Assembly: GCA_965248055.1 (NCBI GenBank)
Contig: CBDFIJ010000004.1
Location: 1,920,001 to 1,984,000 of the forward strand
Length of the DNA: 64,000 nt
Source: Candidatus Multivoradales bacterium
GTDB lineage: Bacteria; Acidobacteriota; Thermoanaerobaculia; Multivoradales; JAHEKO01
Direction: 5' to 3'
The notes under the pieces were generated by a model. It saw nothing but the letters and a program-made list of their open reading frames with translations, was not told where the DNA came from and did no database searches. The position numbers and the translations under genes are program-made. Below, in pieces: positions 1 through 9,140 of this stretch (positions are counted from its first letter, which is position 1; every line of letters begins with the position of its first letter).

Positions 1-858
1 GGCGAGTGTCGCCATCACTGCCACCGTCGCCAATAGAGATGCCATCCGTACACCGAGAGCCGTTTGCCATTCTGTGAGTTCATTGTTGCGGACAAAAAAC
101 ACTAACGGAACAATCGCTAGCGCTGCAGCACCGAGCGCACCGGCACTGTTCCAACCAAGGGCCCGAAGAGAAATCAAAGTCCAGATCTGCGCGGCCTTGA
201 TGCTAGACAATCTCTCCACCGTAGGCGTTCTGGAATCCCAGTGTCTCGTTCGCTGAATACCCGGCGGCTTTATTCCTCGGGGGTTTACTTCAAGAACACC
301 CACAAGTGCGGCGCCAAGACTCAACCAGGTCCAAGTTCCGACCACCGATGCAATCCCTGCGGCCGCATAGGCCGCCCTGGCTACACCAGGAATCCTGCTG
401 GACAATGATGTGTTGGCCACTGACCACATGAGCAACAAGATTCCAAGCATCCTAGGGATCGTAGAAAGCGGAGAGGTCATGGCTGCCGACCACCCGACAC
501 CGACAAAGAGGATGAGAATCGGAATCTGTACAAAGAACATCCCCAGCACCGCACCTCGGCGATATTCAACACCGGTCGCCGGAAGGTGTCGTGTCCAGGA
601 CCCAAGGTCGGTTCGTATGCGAGGGGACATTACCTTTGTCACCGCAGCGCAAGCCAAGACCAAGATAGCTATTGAAACTAAGGAGAAATGTGCCGGGTAC
701 AGAAGCGCTGCCAACTTGCCCAAGAGTGCCCGCGGATCACCATGTAGTACCACCGCTACAACCATGGCCACAAATCCCATGGTCAAGCTCCGAAGCCCTA
801 CACGAATCCCAGAACGCAGGTGATACCGGGCGATGGCGAGAACTGGTTCGAGGCGCAT
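1..858 (-). CDS. Multi-pass membrane protein (permease-like); 3' end runs off the window
   Basis: Not in ORF track; read by hand from ATG at 858 (MRLEPVLAIARYHLRSGIRVGLRSLTMGFVAMVVAVVL...), open to window edge, many hydrophobic segments. Confidence 0.65.
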   Translation of the reverse strand, partial: MRLEPVLAIARYHLRSGIRVGLRSLTMGFVAMVVAVVLHGDPRALLGKLAALLYPAHFSLVSIAILVLACAAVTKVMSPRIRTDLGSWTRHLPATGVEYRRGAVLGMFFVQIPILILFVGVGWSAAMTSPLSTIPRMLGILLLMWSVANTSLSSRIPGVARAAYAAAGIASVVGTWTWLSLGAALVGVLEVNPRGIKPPGIQRTRHWDSRTPTVERLSSIKAAQIWTLISLRALGWNSAGALGAAALAIVPLVFFVRNNELTEWQTALGVRMASLLATVAVMATLA

Positions 859-881
859 GATGCGCTCGCTGTCTTCTTGCT

Positions 882-1334
882 CTAGTTGCGGTCCAGATCG
901 AATTGACCGTTGTGCTCGAGGCGAATCTTACGTGTGCCCACTGGGCCGACCACCCAAAGCTTGCTCTTAATCCGGTAGTTGATATCGCTCTTCTGCTCGA
1001 AAATTGAATAAACCTGGGAAGCTAGGCGCAGGTTGCTGATGAACAGCGGTACTTCCAGTGTCGCGCTGTCCAAGCCCTCGATTTCCAAGCGTTGGTTGGA
1101 AACCCCGCGACCAATTTTGGAGCTCTCGAGAAACAAATCGAAGGACGATCCGTCAATCGTCATCGGCTTACGATCACCGTTGACGATACGCAAGGTGATC
1201 GTGCCTTCGGTCTCAAAGACCTCAATGTTGTCGATGTCGAGACCGGCCAGAGTGATCTCGGGGCGCTCAAAACCCGGCAGGCTGGCACACGCAGTAGCAA
1301 GTAAGAGAAGTGCGAGAACTAGAATGCGTTTCAT
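882..1334 (-). CDS. LEA type 2 / WHy domain lipoprotein
   Basis: MKRILVLALLLLATAC lipobox; LRIVNGD..IDGSSFDLFLES..IGRG pattern of LEA_2; start moved to ATG 1334. Confidence 0.8.
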   Translation of the reverse strand: MKRILVLALLLLATACASLPGFERPEITLAGLDIDNIEVFETEGTITLRIVNGDRKPMTIDGSSFDLFLESSKIGRGVSNQRLEIEGLDSATLEVPLFISNLRLASQVYSIFEQKSDINYRIKSKLWVVGPVGTRKIRLEHNGQFDLDRN

Positions 1335-2220
1335 GGCTGCAGATGCTAACACCGGTGGAGAACCTCAAGGCCCCGGCTTTGAGCCGTCCAGCAAGTACGA
1401 CATCGAGTTGGTCACCGCCGGTCAAAGACAAACCTTGCCCGATCGCTTGGCGGTGGAAGAACCACTGGAGATCCGCTGGCGCGAAGCCCATGACGACGGA
1501 GCGGGGGAGCCGTTAGCAATCACCATGCGGACCCCCGGGCGAGACCAGTTCTTGGTTCGAGGTTGGCTATTCGCTGAGGGGTTGATCGAAGCTCAAACTC
1601 CCTTGACGGTGATCCGACCGACCACCGATCAAGGCCGACCAGAGCCGCATATCGTGATCGCAGAACTACCGCCCGGATTGGCCGAGGGAACCCGGGCTTT
1701 GGTGCGACAGATGTTCGTCAATTCGTCCTGCGGCTTCTGCGGCAAGCCTGGGCTGGAGGGTTTGAAGCTTCCGCGCACACCCCACTTGGCGGCTGGCCCG
1801 CAAATAGAAGAAGCGACCATCTTGGGACTGTCGACAACCTTGGAAGCTGCCCAGCCGACCTTTCAGCGCACCGGAGGACTGCACGCCGCAGCCTTGTTTG
1901 ATCCCAGTGGTGAGTTGCTCGCGGTTGAGGAGGATATTGGTCGACACAATGCGCTCGACAAGTTGATTGGTCGCGGGTTGGCCGAAGGACGACTCCCAGG
2001 CGATGACCTGTTTGTCTTGGTCTCAGGGCGGGGTGGCTACGAATTGGTGCAGAAGTGTTTGGTGGCCAACATCGCGGTGTTGGTCGCGGTTTCCGCTCCT
2101 TCGAGTGGTGCGGTAGCGTTGGCTCGTCGCTACGGCATGACCCTGGTCGGCTTCGCTCGAGAGGATCGATTCAACATCTACTCTGGGGCGGGGAGGATCG
2201 CCGCAACAAACGCCAGGTAG
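1333..2220 (+). CDS. fdhD: Formate dehydrogenase accessory sulfurtransferase FdhD
   Basis: AVEEPLEI, TMRTPG, SSCGFCGK, TGGLHAAA, EDIGRHNALDKLIG, VSAPSS motifs; start uncertain (ATG 1333). Confidence 0.95.
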   Translation: MAADANTGGEPQGPGFEPSSKYDIELVTAGQRQTLPDRLAVEEPLEIRWREAHDDGAGEPLAITMRTPGRDQFLVRGWLFAEGLIEAQTPLTVIRPTTDQGRPEPHIVIAELPPGLAEGTRALVRQMFVNSSCGFCGKPGLEGLKLPRTPHLAAGPQIEEATILGLSTTLEAAQPTFQRTGGLHAAALFDPSGELLAVEEDIGRHNALDKLIGRGLAEGRLPGDDLFVLVSGRGGYELVQKCLVANIAVLVAVSAPSSGAVALARRYGMTLVGFAREDRFNIYSGAGRIAATNAR

Positions 2221-2229
2221 AATGGCCCG

Positions 2230-2493
2230 ATGCTAGGACAATTGATCCCCCAAGCTCTACGTCGCTTCGCCGGCGGGCTACGATTTCCGCAGTTGTTTGC
2301 GCTAGTCAGCGTGTTGTTTGTCTTGGACTTTTTTGTCCCTGACGCAATTCCTTTTTTCGACGAGATGTTCCTCGGCTTGCTGACCCTGATGTTTGGTTCT
2401 TGGAAGGAGCACTCCGCCGATAAGGGCCAAGCCGCTACCACTGAGCGCCCGCCAGTCAAAGACGTCACCCCTCCCGACGCCCCCAATTCTTAG
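2230..2493 (+). CDS. Small membrane protein (DUF6116-like)
   Basis: LRFPQLF..LFVLDFFVPDAIPFFDEMFLGLLTL motif; follows fdhD. Confidence 0.7.
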   Translation: MLGQLIPQALRRFAGGLRFPQLFALVSVLFVLDFFVPDAIPFFDEMFLGLLTLMFGSWKEHSADKGQAATTERPPVKDVTPPDAPNS

Positions 2494-2560
2494 TTTTCTC
2501 TTCGCAACCTGCTATCATCCGCCAGCGAGGGAACCGCTCTAAAGCTGGGGGGCTTAACGA

Positions 2561-3001
2561 GTGGGTGCCAAAAATAAGTTCATTTCTGGACTACGGTCGA
2601 AATTGCCGGTGTTGGTTGAGGTGGAAAACCTCTCGACAGAGAGGGTGCGCCTACAGCACGCCGACTCCTTCAGCATCAAGAATCTCTTGTTGCGCACCAG
2701 TCGGCCCTTACCCCTGGGTACCCCGGTGCGACTACAGTTCCTCTTTCCTGCCGATCCCGCCTTAGCGGGAGTCAGACTACCCAGCCCTTTTCGCGGTGTG
2801 GTTGTCGATGGTGAAGTTGAGAAACACCTGGACGCGGTGGATGGTCGGGTTGGGGTTCAGTTTGGTTTTAACCCGGATGACGAGGAAACCGTCCTTCTCA
2901 CCGACATTATTGGCAAATCAAACTTTGCCGAAACGCCTATGCGGCGCGCAGAAACTGCCAGCGTAGGTCGCCGTCCAGATAGCGAAAAACCGTCTCGTTG
3001 A
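2561..3001 (+). CDS. PilZ-like domain protein (degenerate)
   Basis: LRTSRPLPLGTPVRLQFLFP..VDGEV..GVQF resembles PilZ barrel; 3' end overlaps the convergent gene. Confidence 0.5.
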   Translation: MGAKNKFISGLRSKLPVLVEVENLSTERVRLQHADSFSIKNLLLRTSRPLPLGTPVRLQFLFPADPALAGVRLPSPFRGVVVDGEVEKHLDAVDGRVGVQFGFNPDDEETVLLTDIIGKSNFAETPMRRAETASVGRRPDSEKPSR

Positions 3002-4514
3002 CCTCCACCTTATAGCGCCGCAACAAATCTGCGGTGGTCTCTCCGCTCGCCGCTCGCTCGATGGCATCGGCGACATCCGGCCCACCTTTGCTCAAGTAAG
3101 TCTGCCAAATCGCCTGCTTAATTGACATGGTGCCCATGCTGACGTTGGGTATGGTCGCCACGCCGCGGCGCAAGTGACTAATCTTGGCTTTGAGTTCCAC
3201 TGGAGACGCCATCGGTTGTCGCTGCCACCCGGTGTAGGGCTTGGGGATCAACACGTTGACCCCGAGGTGGATCTGGCCGATGACTCCGGTAGGCGCGAGT
3301 TCTTCCAGCATCAGAGCTCGACAGGCGCGGGCTAGATCAAGGATGGCTTCTATGTCCTCGGTGTTCTCCTCTGGCATGCCGATGATGAAGTAGAGCTTGA
3401 GCTGGCGAAATCCATGGCGAAAGATCAGTCGCACCTTGTCCAACAACACCTGGTTGGGGATCGGCTTGTTGAGCTTGACTCGGAGTTCGTCCGATCCGGT
3501 CTCAGGAGCCAAGGTGATCGAGCGATCGCCGGAACGATGCAGTTCGCTAAGCACCGCTTCGGTCACCGCCGGGATGCGGATTGAAGAAACCGCGGAACGG
3601 AACCCCAGCTCATTGGAGGTCGCCAGGATGGTTTCGATCTCTGGATGATCTCCCACCGCGGTGGCCAAGAATCCGACTTGGTCGGTCACCGAGCGACCAC
3701 GCTCTAAGGCCTCCAGGATGTACTCAGTCGGATGCCAGCGAAAGCCGCCCATGCCAAAGGTCGCCCAGCAATAGCGGCACTTTTCCGGGCAGCCACGGGA
3801 CATCTCAATCAAAAATTTGTTGGAGAACTCGGTGTTCGGGGTGACGATCGCCGAGGTCGGTAAATGACCCGGCAGGCGCATCTGTTCGCCGCTCAGGTCG
3901 AGCTTGCGTAGTTTGGATTCGCTGTCGGTGCTGACTAACCCGTGTCTGCTGGGCACATAGAAGCCATTTTGCTCTGCCAGCGCTGCCATCGTCGCTTCGC
4001 GATCATCCAGCTCCAATGCGGCAAGCAAGGCCGGCAGCACATTCTCGGCGGCTCCCAGGACAAAGAGGTCAACAAACTCGACCATAGGCAGCGGATTGAT
4101 GGTGGAGCAGGAGCCTCCCATGATCACCAACGGATCATCCGAGGCACGATCGCACCGACGCACCGGGATTCGGGTGCGCTGGAGCATCTGTACCAAGTTG
4201 ACGAAGTCCTCCTCAAAGGAAACCGAAAACGCCACCGCCGGAAACGCCGACAACGGGGTCTCGGACTCGACTGAAACTGGTTCCGCGGTACCGTCGCAAA
4301 AGAACCGCTCCGCCGCCCAGTTTTCCGCCTGGTGCACCAACTCGTAGGTGCGCTGGAAGCCAAGACTCGACATGCCGATGTGATAGCTGTTGGCGTAGGC
4401 AATCGCCAGCCGACGATCGGCGTGGGGGGTCAATGGCGCCGTTGCTTTCTCTTGCTCGCGGATGCTGCGCCAATCGACATTGCCTCGATGGGCTGGGTTC
4501 CGTGGGGATGACAT
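2937..4514 (-). CDS. Radical SAM protein with B12-binding-like N-terminal domain
   Basis: YANSYHIGMSSLG; EMSRGCPEKCRYC (CxxxCxxC); TLAPETGS; KLYFIIGMP; start placed at ATG 4514. Confidence 0.88.
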   Translation of the reverse strand: MSSPRNPAHRGNVDWRSIREQEKATAPLTPHADRRLAIAYANSYHIGMSSLGFQRTYELVHQAENWAAERFFCDGTAEPVSVESETPLSAFPAVAFSVSFEEDFVNLVQMLQRTRIPVRRCDRASDDPLVIMGGSCSTINPLPMVEFVDLFVLGAAENVLPALLAALELDDREATMAALAEQNGFYVPSRHGLVSTDSESKLRKLDLSGEQMRLPGHLPTSAIVTPNTEFSNKFLIEMSRGCPEKCRYCWATFGMGGFRWHPTEYILEALERGRSVTDQVGFLATAVGDHPEIETILATSNELGFRSAVSSIRIPAVTEAVLSELHRSGDRSITLAPETGSDELRVKLNKPIPNQVLLDKVRLIFRHGFRQLKLYFIIGMPEENTEDIEAILDLARACRALMLEELAPTGVIGQIHLGVNVLIPKPYTGWQRQPMASPVELKAKISHLRRGVATIPNVSMGTMSIKQAIWQTYLSKGGPDVADAIERAASGETTADLLRRYKVEVNETVFRYLDGDLRWQFLRAA

Positions 4515-4575
4515 TTTCGGCAGTGAATCCAGGTGGGAAAGGGATCTTACCGCTCTCAAGTCCTTTGCTCTCGGT

Positions 4576-5451
4576 ATGCTCGCCAAGATGAGTGCTTCCT
4601 TGCTTTGGTCAACCCGGCTGCTGCTGTTGGCAATCGAATCTCTACCTCGGTTCGCGGTGCAGCCGCTGGGACAATTCTTGGCAACGCTTTACCGCTTCGC
4701 GGCCCCGCGCAAGATGCGGCGGGCGCAAACCAATTTGGCGATCGCCTTGGGCGATCAGCTCGACGACGCCGAGATTTCTCGCCTGGCGCGAGCGTCGTTG
4801 AATCATCAGGCGGTGTCGTTACTAGAAACCGTGCGTGAGCTGCGGCGACCTGGGGCGGTCACTTTCTCTGGTGTCAAAGAGTTCAACATTAGAGCACTTG
4901 ACCTCGAACAAGGAGGCGCGGGGCAGCTCTTAATCACCGCCCACATCGGGGCTTGGGAGTTCATCAACCGAGCCGGTACCCAGGCCGCTACCGGTAGCTT
5001 TTATGCCTTAGCCAAGGAACCAAAACAACCAGCCGCCAACCGACTTCTGGATGCCCTGCGTGAGTCCGCAGGGATGGAGGTTTTTCCTTCCGGTCGAAAA
5101 TCGACATTGCGGCGTATGTTGCGGGTATTGCAACAGGGCGGCTGGATCGGCCTGGCGATGGACCAAAAACCGGACGGCCCTGGTGTTCCAGTGCAGTTCT
5201 TTGGCCGCACCACTGAATTCGTCGTCGGCCCTGCAGCACTGGTCGAGCGTCAAGGGTGTCGGGTTCTGGTCGCGTTTAGCGTCCGCGAAGGAAACAGCGC
5301 TTATCGAATTCTCAGCGAAAAGCTAGAGATTGAACCCGGTGAATCTCGACAAGACCTAACCCAGAAGATGGCTGACACAGTGGAGAGGGTCATTCGTCAA
5401 TACCCCGAGCAATGGCTATGGACCTATCGTCGCTGGCCGGACGTGCGATAG
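4576..5451 (+). CDS. Lysophospholipid / lipid A acyltransferase (LpxL/HtrB family)
   Basis: TAHIGAWE (HxxxxD/E), AMDQ, VQFFGR, PEQWLWTYRRW. Confidence 0.88.
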   Translation: MLAKMSASLLWSTRLLLLAIESLPRFAVQPLGQFLATLYRFAAPRKMRRAQTNLAIALGDQLDDAEISRLARASLNHQAVSLLETVRELRRPGAVTFSGVKEFNIRALDLEQGGAGQLLITAHIGAWEFINRAGTQAATGSFYALAKEPKQPAANRLLDALRESAGMEVFPSGRKSTLRRMLRVLQQGGWIGLAMDQKPDGPGVPVQFFGRTTEFVVGPAALVERQGCRVLVAFSVREGNSAYRILSEKLEIEPGESRQDLTQKMADTVERVIRQYPEQWLWTYRRWPDVR

Positions 5452-5540
5452 AGCAACGCTTGAGTAAGACAGCTCTCGTTGCCGGTGATTCTCTAGAGCC
5501 AAACCTCAACGCTTTGCGTATTCTTGATGTCGCCCCGCCT

Positions 5541-6434
5541 ATGACTCTCGCTGCCCAACTTGCCCCCACAACCGAGCCCGACAGCGCGCCGCGGGTGGAG
5601 CTGCGTTCCCTGGACACGATTTGGTTTCAGGTCACCGGCACCTTGTGTAACTTGGCTTGCCAACACTGTTTGGTTTCTGCCTCGCCAACCAACCGCACCC
5701 ATGAATTTCTTTCCCTGGAACAGGTCCGAGAGGGACTCGACGACGGCGCCTCTCTGGGTGCCAAGGAGTACTACTTCACCGGCGGCGAGCCCTTTCTCCA
5801 TCCGCAGATGGAGGAAATGATCGAGCTCGCCTTGGACTTCGGCCCGGTCACGGTCTTGACCAACGGCTTACTACTGCCAGCGGATCGCTGTCGCCGACTC
5901 AAGACTTTGTCCAATTGGTCTTCCTATTCTTTGGACTTGCGAGTGTCTCTCGATGGTTATGACGCCGCCTCCAATGATGCGGTTCGCGGTCAAGGAACGT
6001 TTGATCGGGTTTTGAAAGCCCTGGTTCGACTCAACCGAGTCGGATTGAATCCGGTGCTCACAGTCTCCGAGGTCGACAACACCGTGGGCAGCGAGTCAGG
6101 GCGCAAGCGATTCTTGGCTCTACTGCGCCAATTGGGGATCGACCAACCGCGGCTCAAGGTCCTGCCGTTGTTCTCGATCGGCGCCGAAACCGAACGGGGT
6201 GGCGGCTACGCCGACTGGCAACGCCTTCAGGCCGACGACTCAGAAGATTGGGACCACCTGCAGTGCTCCTCCTCTCGGGTGATCACCGATCAAGGCACCT
6301 GGGTTTGTCCAATTTTGGTCAACCAGCCTGGCGGGCGAATGGGTTCCCGGCTTGCTGACACCTTGGGTAGCTGCAGCGCTGATCATTCCGCCTGCTGGAC
6401 CTGCCATCAATATGGAGTTTCCTGCCGCACGTGA
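5541..6434 (+). CDS. Radical SAM protein with Cys-rich C-terminus
   Basis: CNLACQHC, FTGGEPFLH, LTNG, VSLDG; C-terminal C..C..C..CWTC..C; start may be 5460 or 5541. Confidence 0.88.
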   Translation: MTLAAQLAPTTEPDSAPRVELRSLDTIWFQVTGTLCNLACQHCLVSASPTNRTHEFLSLEQVREGLDDGASLGAKEYYFTGGEPFLHPQMEEMIELALDFGPVTVLTNGLLLPADRCRRLKTLSNWSSYSLDLRVSLDGYDAASNDAVRGQGTFDRVLKALVRLNRVGLNPVLTVSEVDNTVGSESGRKRFLALLRQLGIDQPRLKVLPLFSIGAETERGGGYADWQRLQADDSEDWDHLQCSSSRVITDQGTWVCPILVNQPGGRMGSRLADTLGSCSADHSACWTCHQYGVSCRT

Positions 6435-7537
6435 GCGACTCTGACCCCTTGGCTTCAGAGTCTTTGAAGCGCCACCGCGGCAAAGCCACCTGGGGCGATC
6501 GCTTGGTTGACTTGGAACCCTTTCGCGCTGCCGCTGCGGCCCAGGGCGAAACCGGGACCGCACAACAACGACAACAAGCTGCTAAGCGGTTCTTGCGCCG
6601 CCGAGAAGGCCAGGCCTTTCCTGGGAATCAGGTCTTACTTGAGGACCACACAGTGGAAGGGCCATGGAGCAAGGTCGTAGTGTTCGGCGGGATCTACAAC
6701 AACCACAGCGCTCTCGAAACCCTTTTGGAAACAGTGCGGGACATGCAAGTCGAGGCGATCTACTGCCTCGGTGACCTGGGCGGCTTCGGACCCTCGCCGG
6801 AGAAAGTTCCACCGCTGCTCGAGAGCGGGGGAGTGCTCGGGATCCAGGGAAACTACGAGCAGTCTCTGGCCGCCAACGCTGAGGACTGCAACTGCGGTTA
6901 TACCGATCCACGCGACAACCACTACGCCAAAATCTCTTACGCCTACACCGCCGAACGATGTGACCCCGAGCTGCGTTCTTGGCTGGGGTCTCTGCCGGCA
7001 CACCGCCGGGTTTTGATCGGCGAGCAAGAATGGCTGCTGGTGCACGGATCTCCTCGGGAGGTCAACGAGTTCTTGTTCGCCTCCGCCAGCCCCGATTCCT
7101 TCTTAGACTTGCTCTGCCGCCAATACCGCTGCCACGGATTCTTGTGCAGCCACAGCGGGCTCCCTTGGCAACGAACCCTCGCCTCTGGACGCCAAGTGGT
7201 CAACGTTGGAGCGCTGGGTCGACCCGCCAACGACGGCGATCCGCGAGTGCGCTTCGCGGTCTTGGAGCGAGATATCCGGCCCAAGAATCAGCCCAGGGAC
7301 CAGCGCAGCGACCATCCCAAGAACCAGCCCAGCGAACTCAAAGCCGGAGCGCCCACAACCAGCACGCCCAAAACAACCGTGACCATCCATAAGCTGGCCT
7401 ATGACCAGCACCAACTGGCGCGGGAAATGGAACAGGAGAACTTGCCTCAACCCTTCATCGACACCATTCTCGGTGGCTGGTGGACTACTTGTTTGGAGAT
7501 TCTTCCGGCCAAAGAGCGTGCTCTTGGCAAATACTAG
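6431..7537 (+). CDS. Calcineurin-like metallophosphoesterase
   Basis: GGIYNN, CLGDLGG, QGNYE, VHGSP, SHSG, VNVG; CNCGY and WWTTCLE; GTGA overlap with upstream gene. Confidence 0.85.
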   Translation: MSDSDPLASESLKRHRGKATWGDRLVDLEPFRAAAAAQGETGTAQQRQQAAKRFLRRREGQAFPGNQVLLEDHTVEGPWSKVVVFGGIYNNHSALETLLETVRDMQVEAIYCLGDLGGFGPSPEKVPPLLESGGVLGIQGNYEQSLAANAEDCNCGYTDPRDNHYAKISYAYTAERCDPELRSWLGSLPAHRRVLIGEQEWLLVHGSPREVNEFLFASASPDSFLDLLCRQYRCHGFLCSHSGLPWQRTLASGRQVVNVGALGRPANDGDPRVRFAVLERDIRPKNQPRDQRSDHPKNQPSELKAGAPTTSTPKTTVTIHKLAYDQHQLAREMEQENLPQPFIDTILGGWWTTCLEILPAKERALGKY

Positions 7538-7542
7538 GGTCT

Positions 7543-7598
7543 GGCCGCCAACACTAGGCCGCCAACACTAGGCCGCCAGCGCTGGGCCGCCAGACCTA
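7543..7598. repeat. 4 x 14-bp intergenic tandem repeat (GGCCGCCAACACTA)
   Basis: ggccgccaacacta x2, ggccgccagcgctg, ggccgccagaccta. Confidence 0.85.
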
Positions 7599-7647
7599 GC
7601 TGTCAGTACTGGCCTGGCGAACCATCAACTCATAACCAATTGGTTTA

Positions 7648-9033
7648 ATGTCTTCCAATTCTCCCCATTTAGCGATCTTGGGCGCCGGGCCGATCGGCCT
7701 GGAGGCCGCCCTGGCGGCGACCGAGAGAGGTTGGTCTTTCACTCTCTACGAAGCGGGAGATCGAGTTGCCGACGCGATGCGTCGATGGGGCCATATACGC
7801 CTGTTTTCACCTTGGTCGATCAACGTGTCAGCGCGAGCGCGACGAGTGCTGGAGGGCGAAGCAGAGATTCCCGATGACCACGAGTGTCCCACCGGCGACG
7901 AGTTAGTGGACCGGGTTCTCGATCCCTTGGCTCGCACACCCCAGATTCATCCCCATCTGAAATTGCAGCATCGAGTCCTCGAGATCGGTCGCCGTGGTTT
8001 TCTCAAGGGCGACGCCATCGGTACCGGGGAACGAGATGCGGCACCCTTTCGCCTGCTGATCGACACTCCCGCTGGAGAACAAGCCGCCTCGGCAGATGTG
8101 GTGCTGGATTGCACTGGGGTCTACGGCCAGCCCAACCCCGCCGGCGCCGACGGCATCCGCGCGTTGGGAGAAACCGCAGCAGAGCCTTGGATCACTCGGC
8201 ATCTACCTGACTTTCAACACGACCCTAGCCAGTGGGCCAATCAACGGATCTTGTTGCTCGGCAGTGGCGCTTCTGCCAAGACCGCGGCTCGGGCCTTGGC
8301 GCAGCTAGTCACTTCGCATCCCCAGAAACAAATAGTCTGGGCGATGCGCTCTGACCCGGCAGACTGGCGACTCGACCCCGACGACCCGTTGCACGAGAGA
8401 CAGCAGTTACTCGAATCGGCCATCTCTCTAATTGCAGAGGATTCCAAGTTCGAAATTCTGCCCAATACGCAGATTCAGCGCTTCTTGATTGGGGATTCAG
8501 TTGAGGACTTGCTGACTGAAGAGGCTCTGTCTGAGGAAGCACTGACTGAGGAAGCACTGACTGACGAAGCACTGACTGAGGAGGCTCTGACTGAGGAAGC
8601 ACTGGCTGAGGAGTCACTGGCTGAGGAAGCACTGACTGAGGAATCAGTAGTCGAGGGCGCACCGCCGGCCCCGATTCAAGTTGAACTGGTTCAACAAGAC
8701 GGCGCGTTGCACAAGGTCACGGTCGATCGAGTTCTAGCCTTGACCGGATACTCCGCCGACAACCACCTCTACCGCCAGTTGCAAGTCCACGAGTGCTACG
8801 CCACCGGCGCTCCGATGAAATTGTCCGCCGCGCTATTGTCCGACGGCGGCAGCGCCGACTGCCTGCAACAACCTGAGGTTGGCGCTGAAGCACTGACCAA
8901 CCCCGAGCCGGGTTTCTTTATCCTCGGCGCCAAATCTTACGGGCGCAATCCGACCTTCTTGATGCGTAACGGCTTTGCCCAGGTGGATGAAGTCTTCGAC
9001 CTGCTGGTTGAGCTACGAACCGCCCTGAGATAA
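7648..9033 (+). CDS. FAD/NAD(P)-dependent oxidoreductase / flavin monooxygenase (ArsV/ArsU-like)
   Basis: GAGPIGL, WGHIRLFSPW, GSGASA, HECYATG, PEPGFFILGAKSYGRNPTFL. Confidence 0.8.
   Translation: MSSNSPHLAILGAGPIGLEAALAATERGWSFTLYEAGDRVADAMRRWGHIRLFSPWSINVSARARRVLEGEAEIPDDHECPTGDELVDRVLDPLARTPQIHPHLKLQHRVLEIGRRGFLKGDAIGTGERDAAPFRLLIDTPAGEQAASADVVLDCTGVYGQPNPAGADGIRALGETAAEPWITRHLPDFQHDPSQWANQRILLLGSGASAKTAARALAQLVTSHPQKQIVWAMRSDPADWRLDPDDPLHERQQLLESAISLIAEDSKFEILPNTQIQRFLIGDSVEDLLTEEALSEEALTEEALTDEALTEEALTEEALAEESLAEEALTEESVVEGAPPAPIQVELVQQDGALHKVTVDRVLALTGYSADNHLYRQLQVHECYATGAPMKLSAALLSDGGSADCLQQPEVGAEALTNPEPGFFILGAKSYGRNPTFLMRNGFAQVDEVFDLLVELRTALR
8512..8646 (+). repeat. 9 x 15-bp in-frame tandem repeat encoding (LTEEA)n
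   Basis: ctgactgaggaagca and variants. Confidence 0.95.
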
Positions 9034-9140
9034 GCCGCCTCTTTGTCATTTGGCGTCATCCGTTAGACTCCTCGCATTCTCGCATCTATCGCGGTCGCCG
9101 CTCTTGAGCACCGAGGTCCGCGGGATCCGAGGAGACCGTC

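Noticed and set aside
1033-1332. N-terminal extension of the fdhD ORF (similar extensions on the LpxL-like gene, parA, dnaA, dnaN, pyrD, yidD)
   Set aside because: Extensions overlap neighbouring genes or regulatory sites; downstream starts fit the families better
5541-6434. Selenocysteine read-through at the rSAM TGA
   Set aside because: The TGA is part of a GTGA stop/start overlap with the next gene; no SECIS recognised
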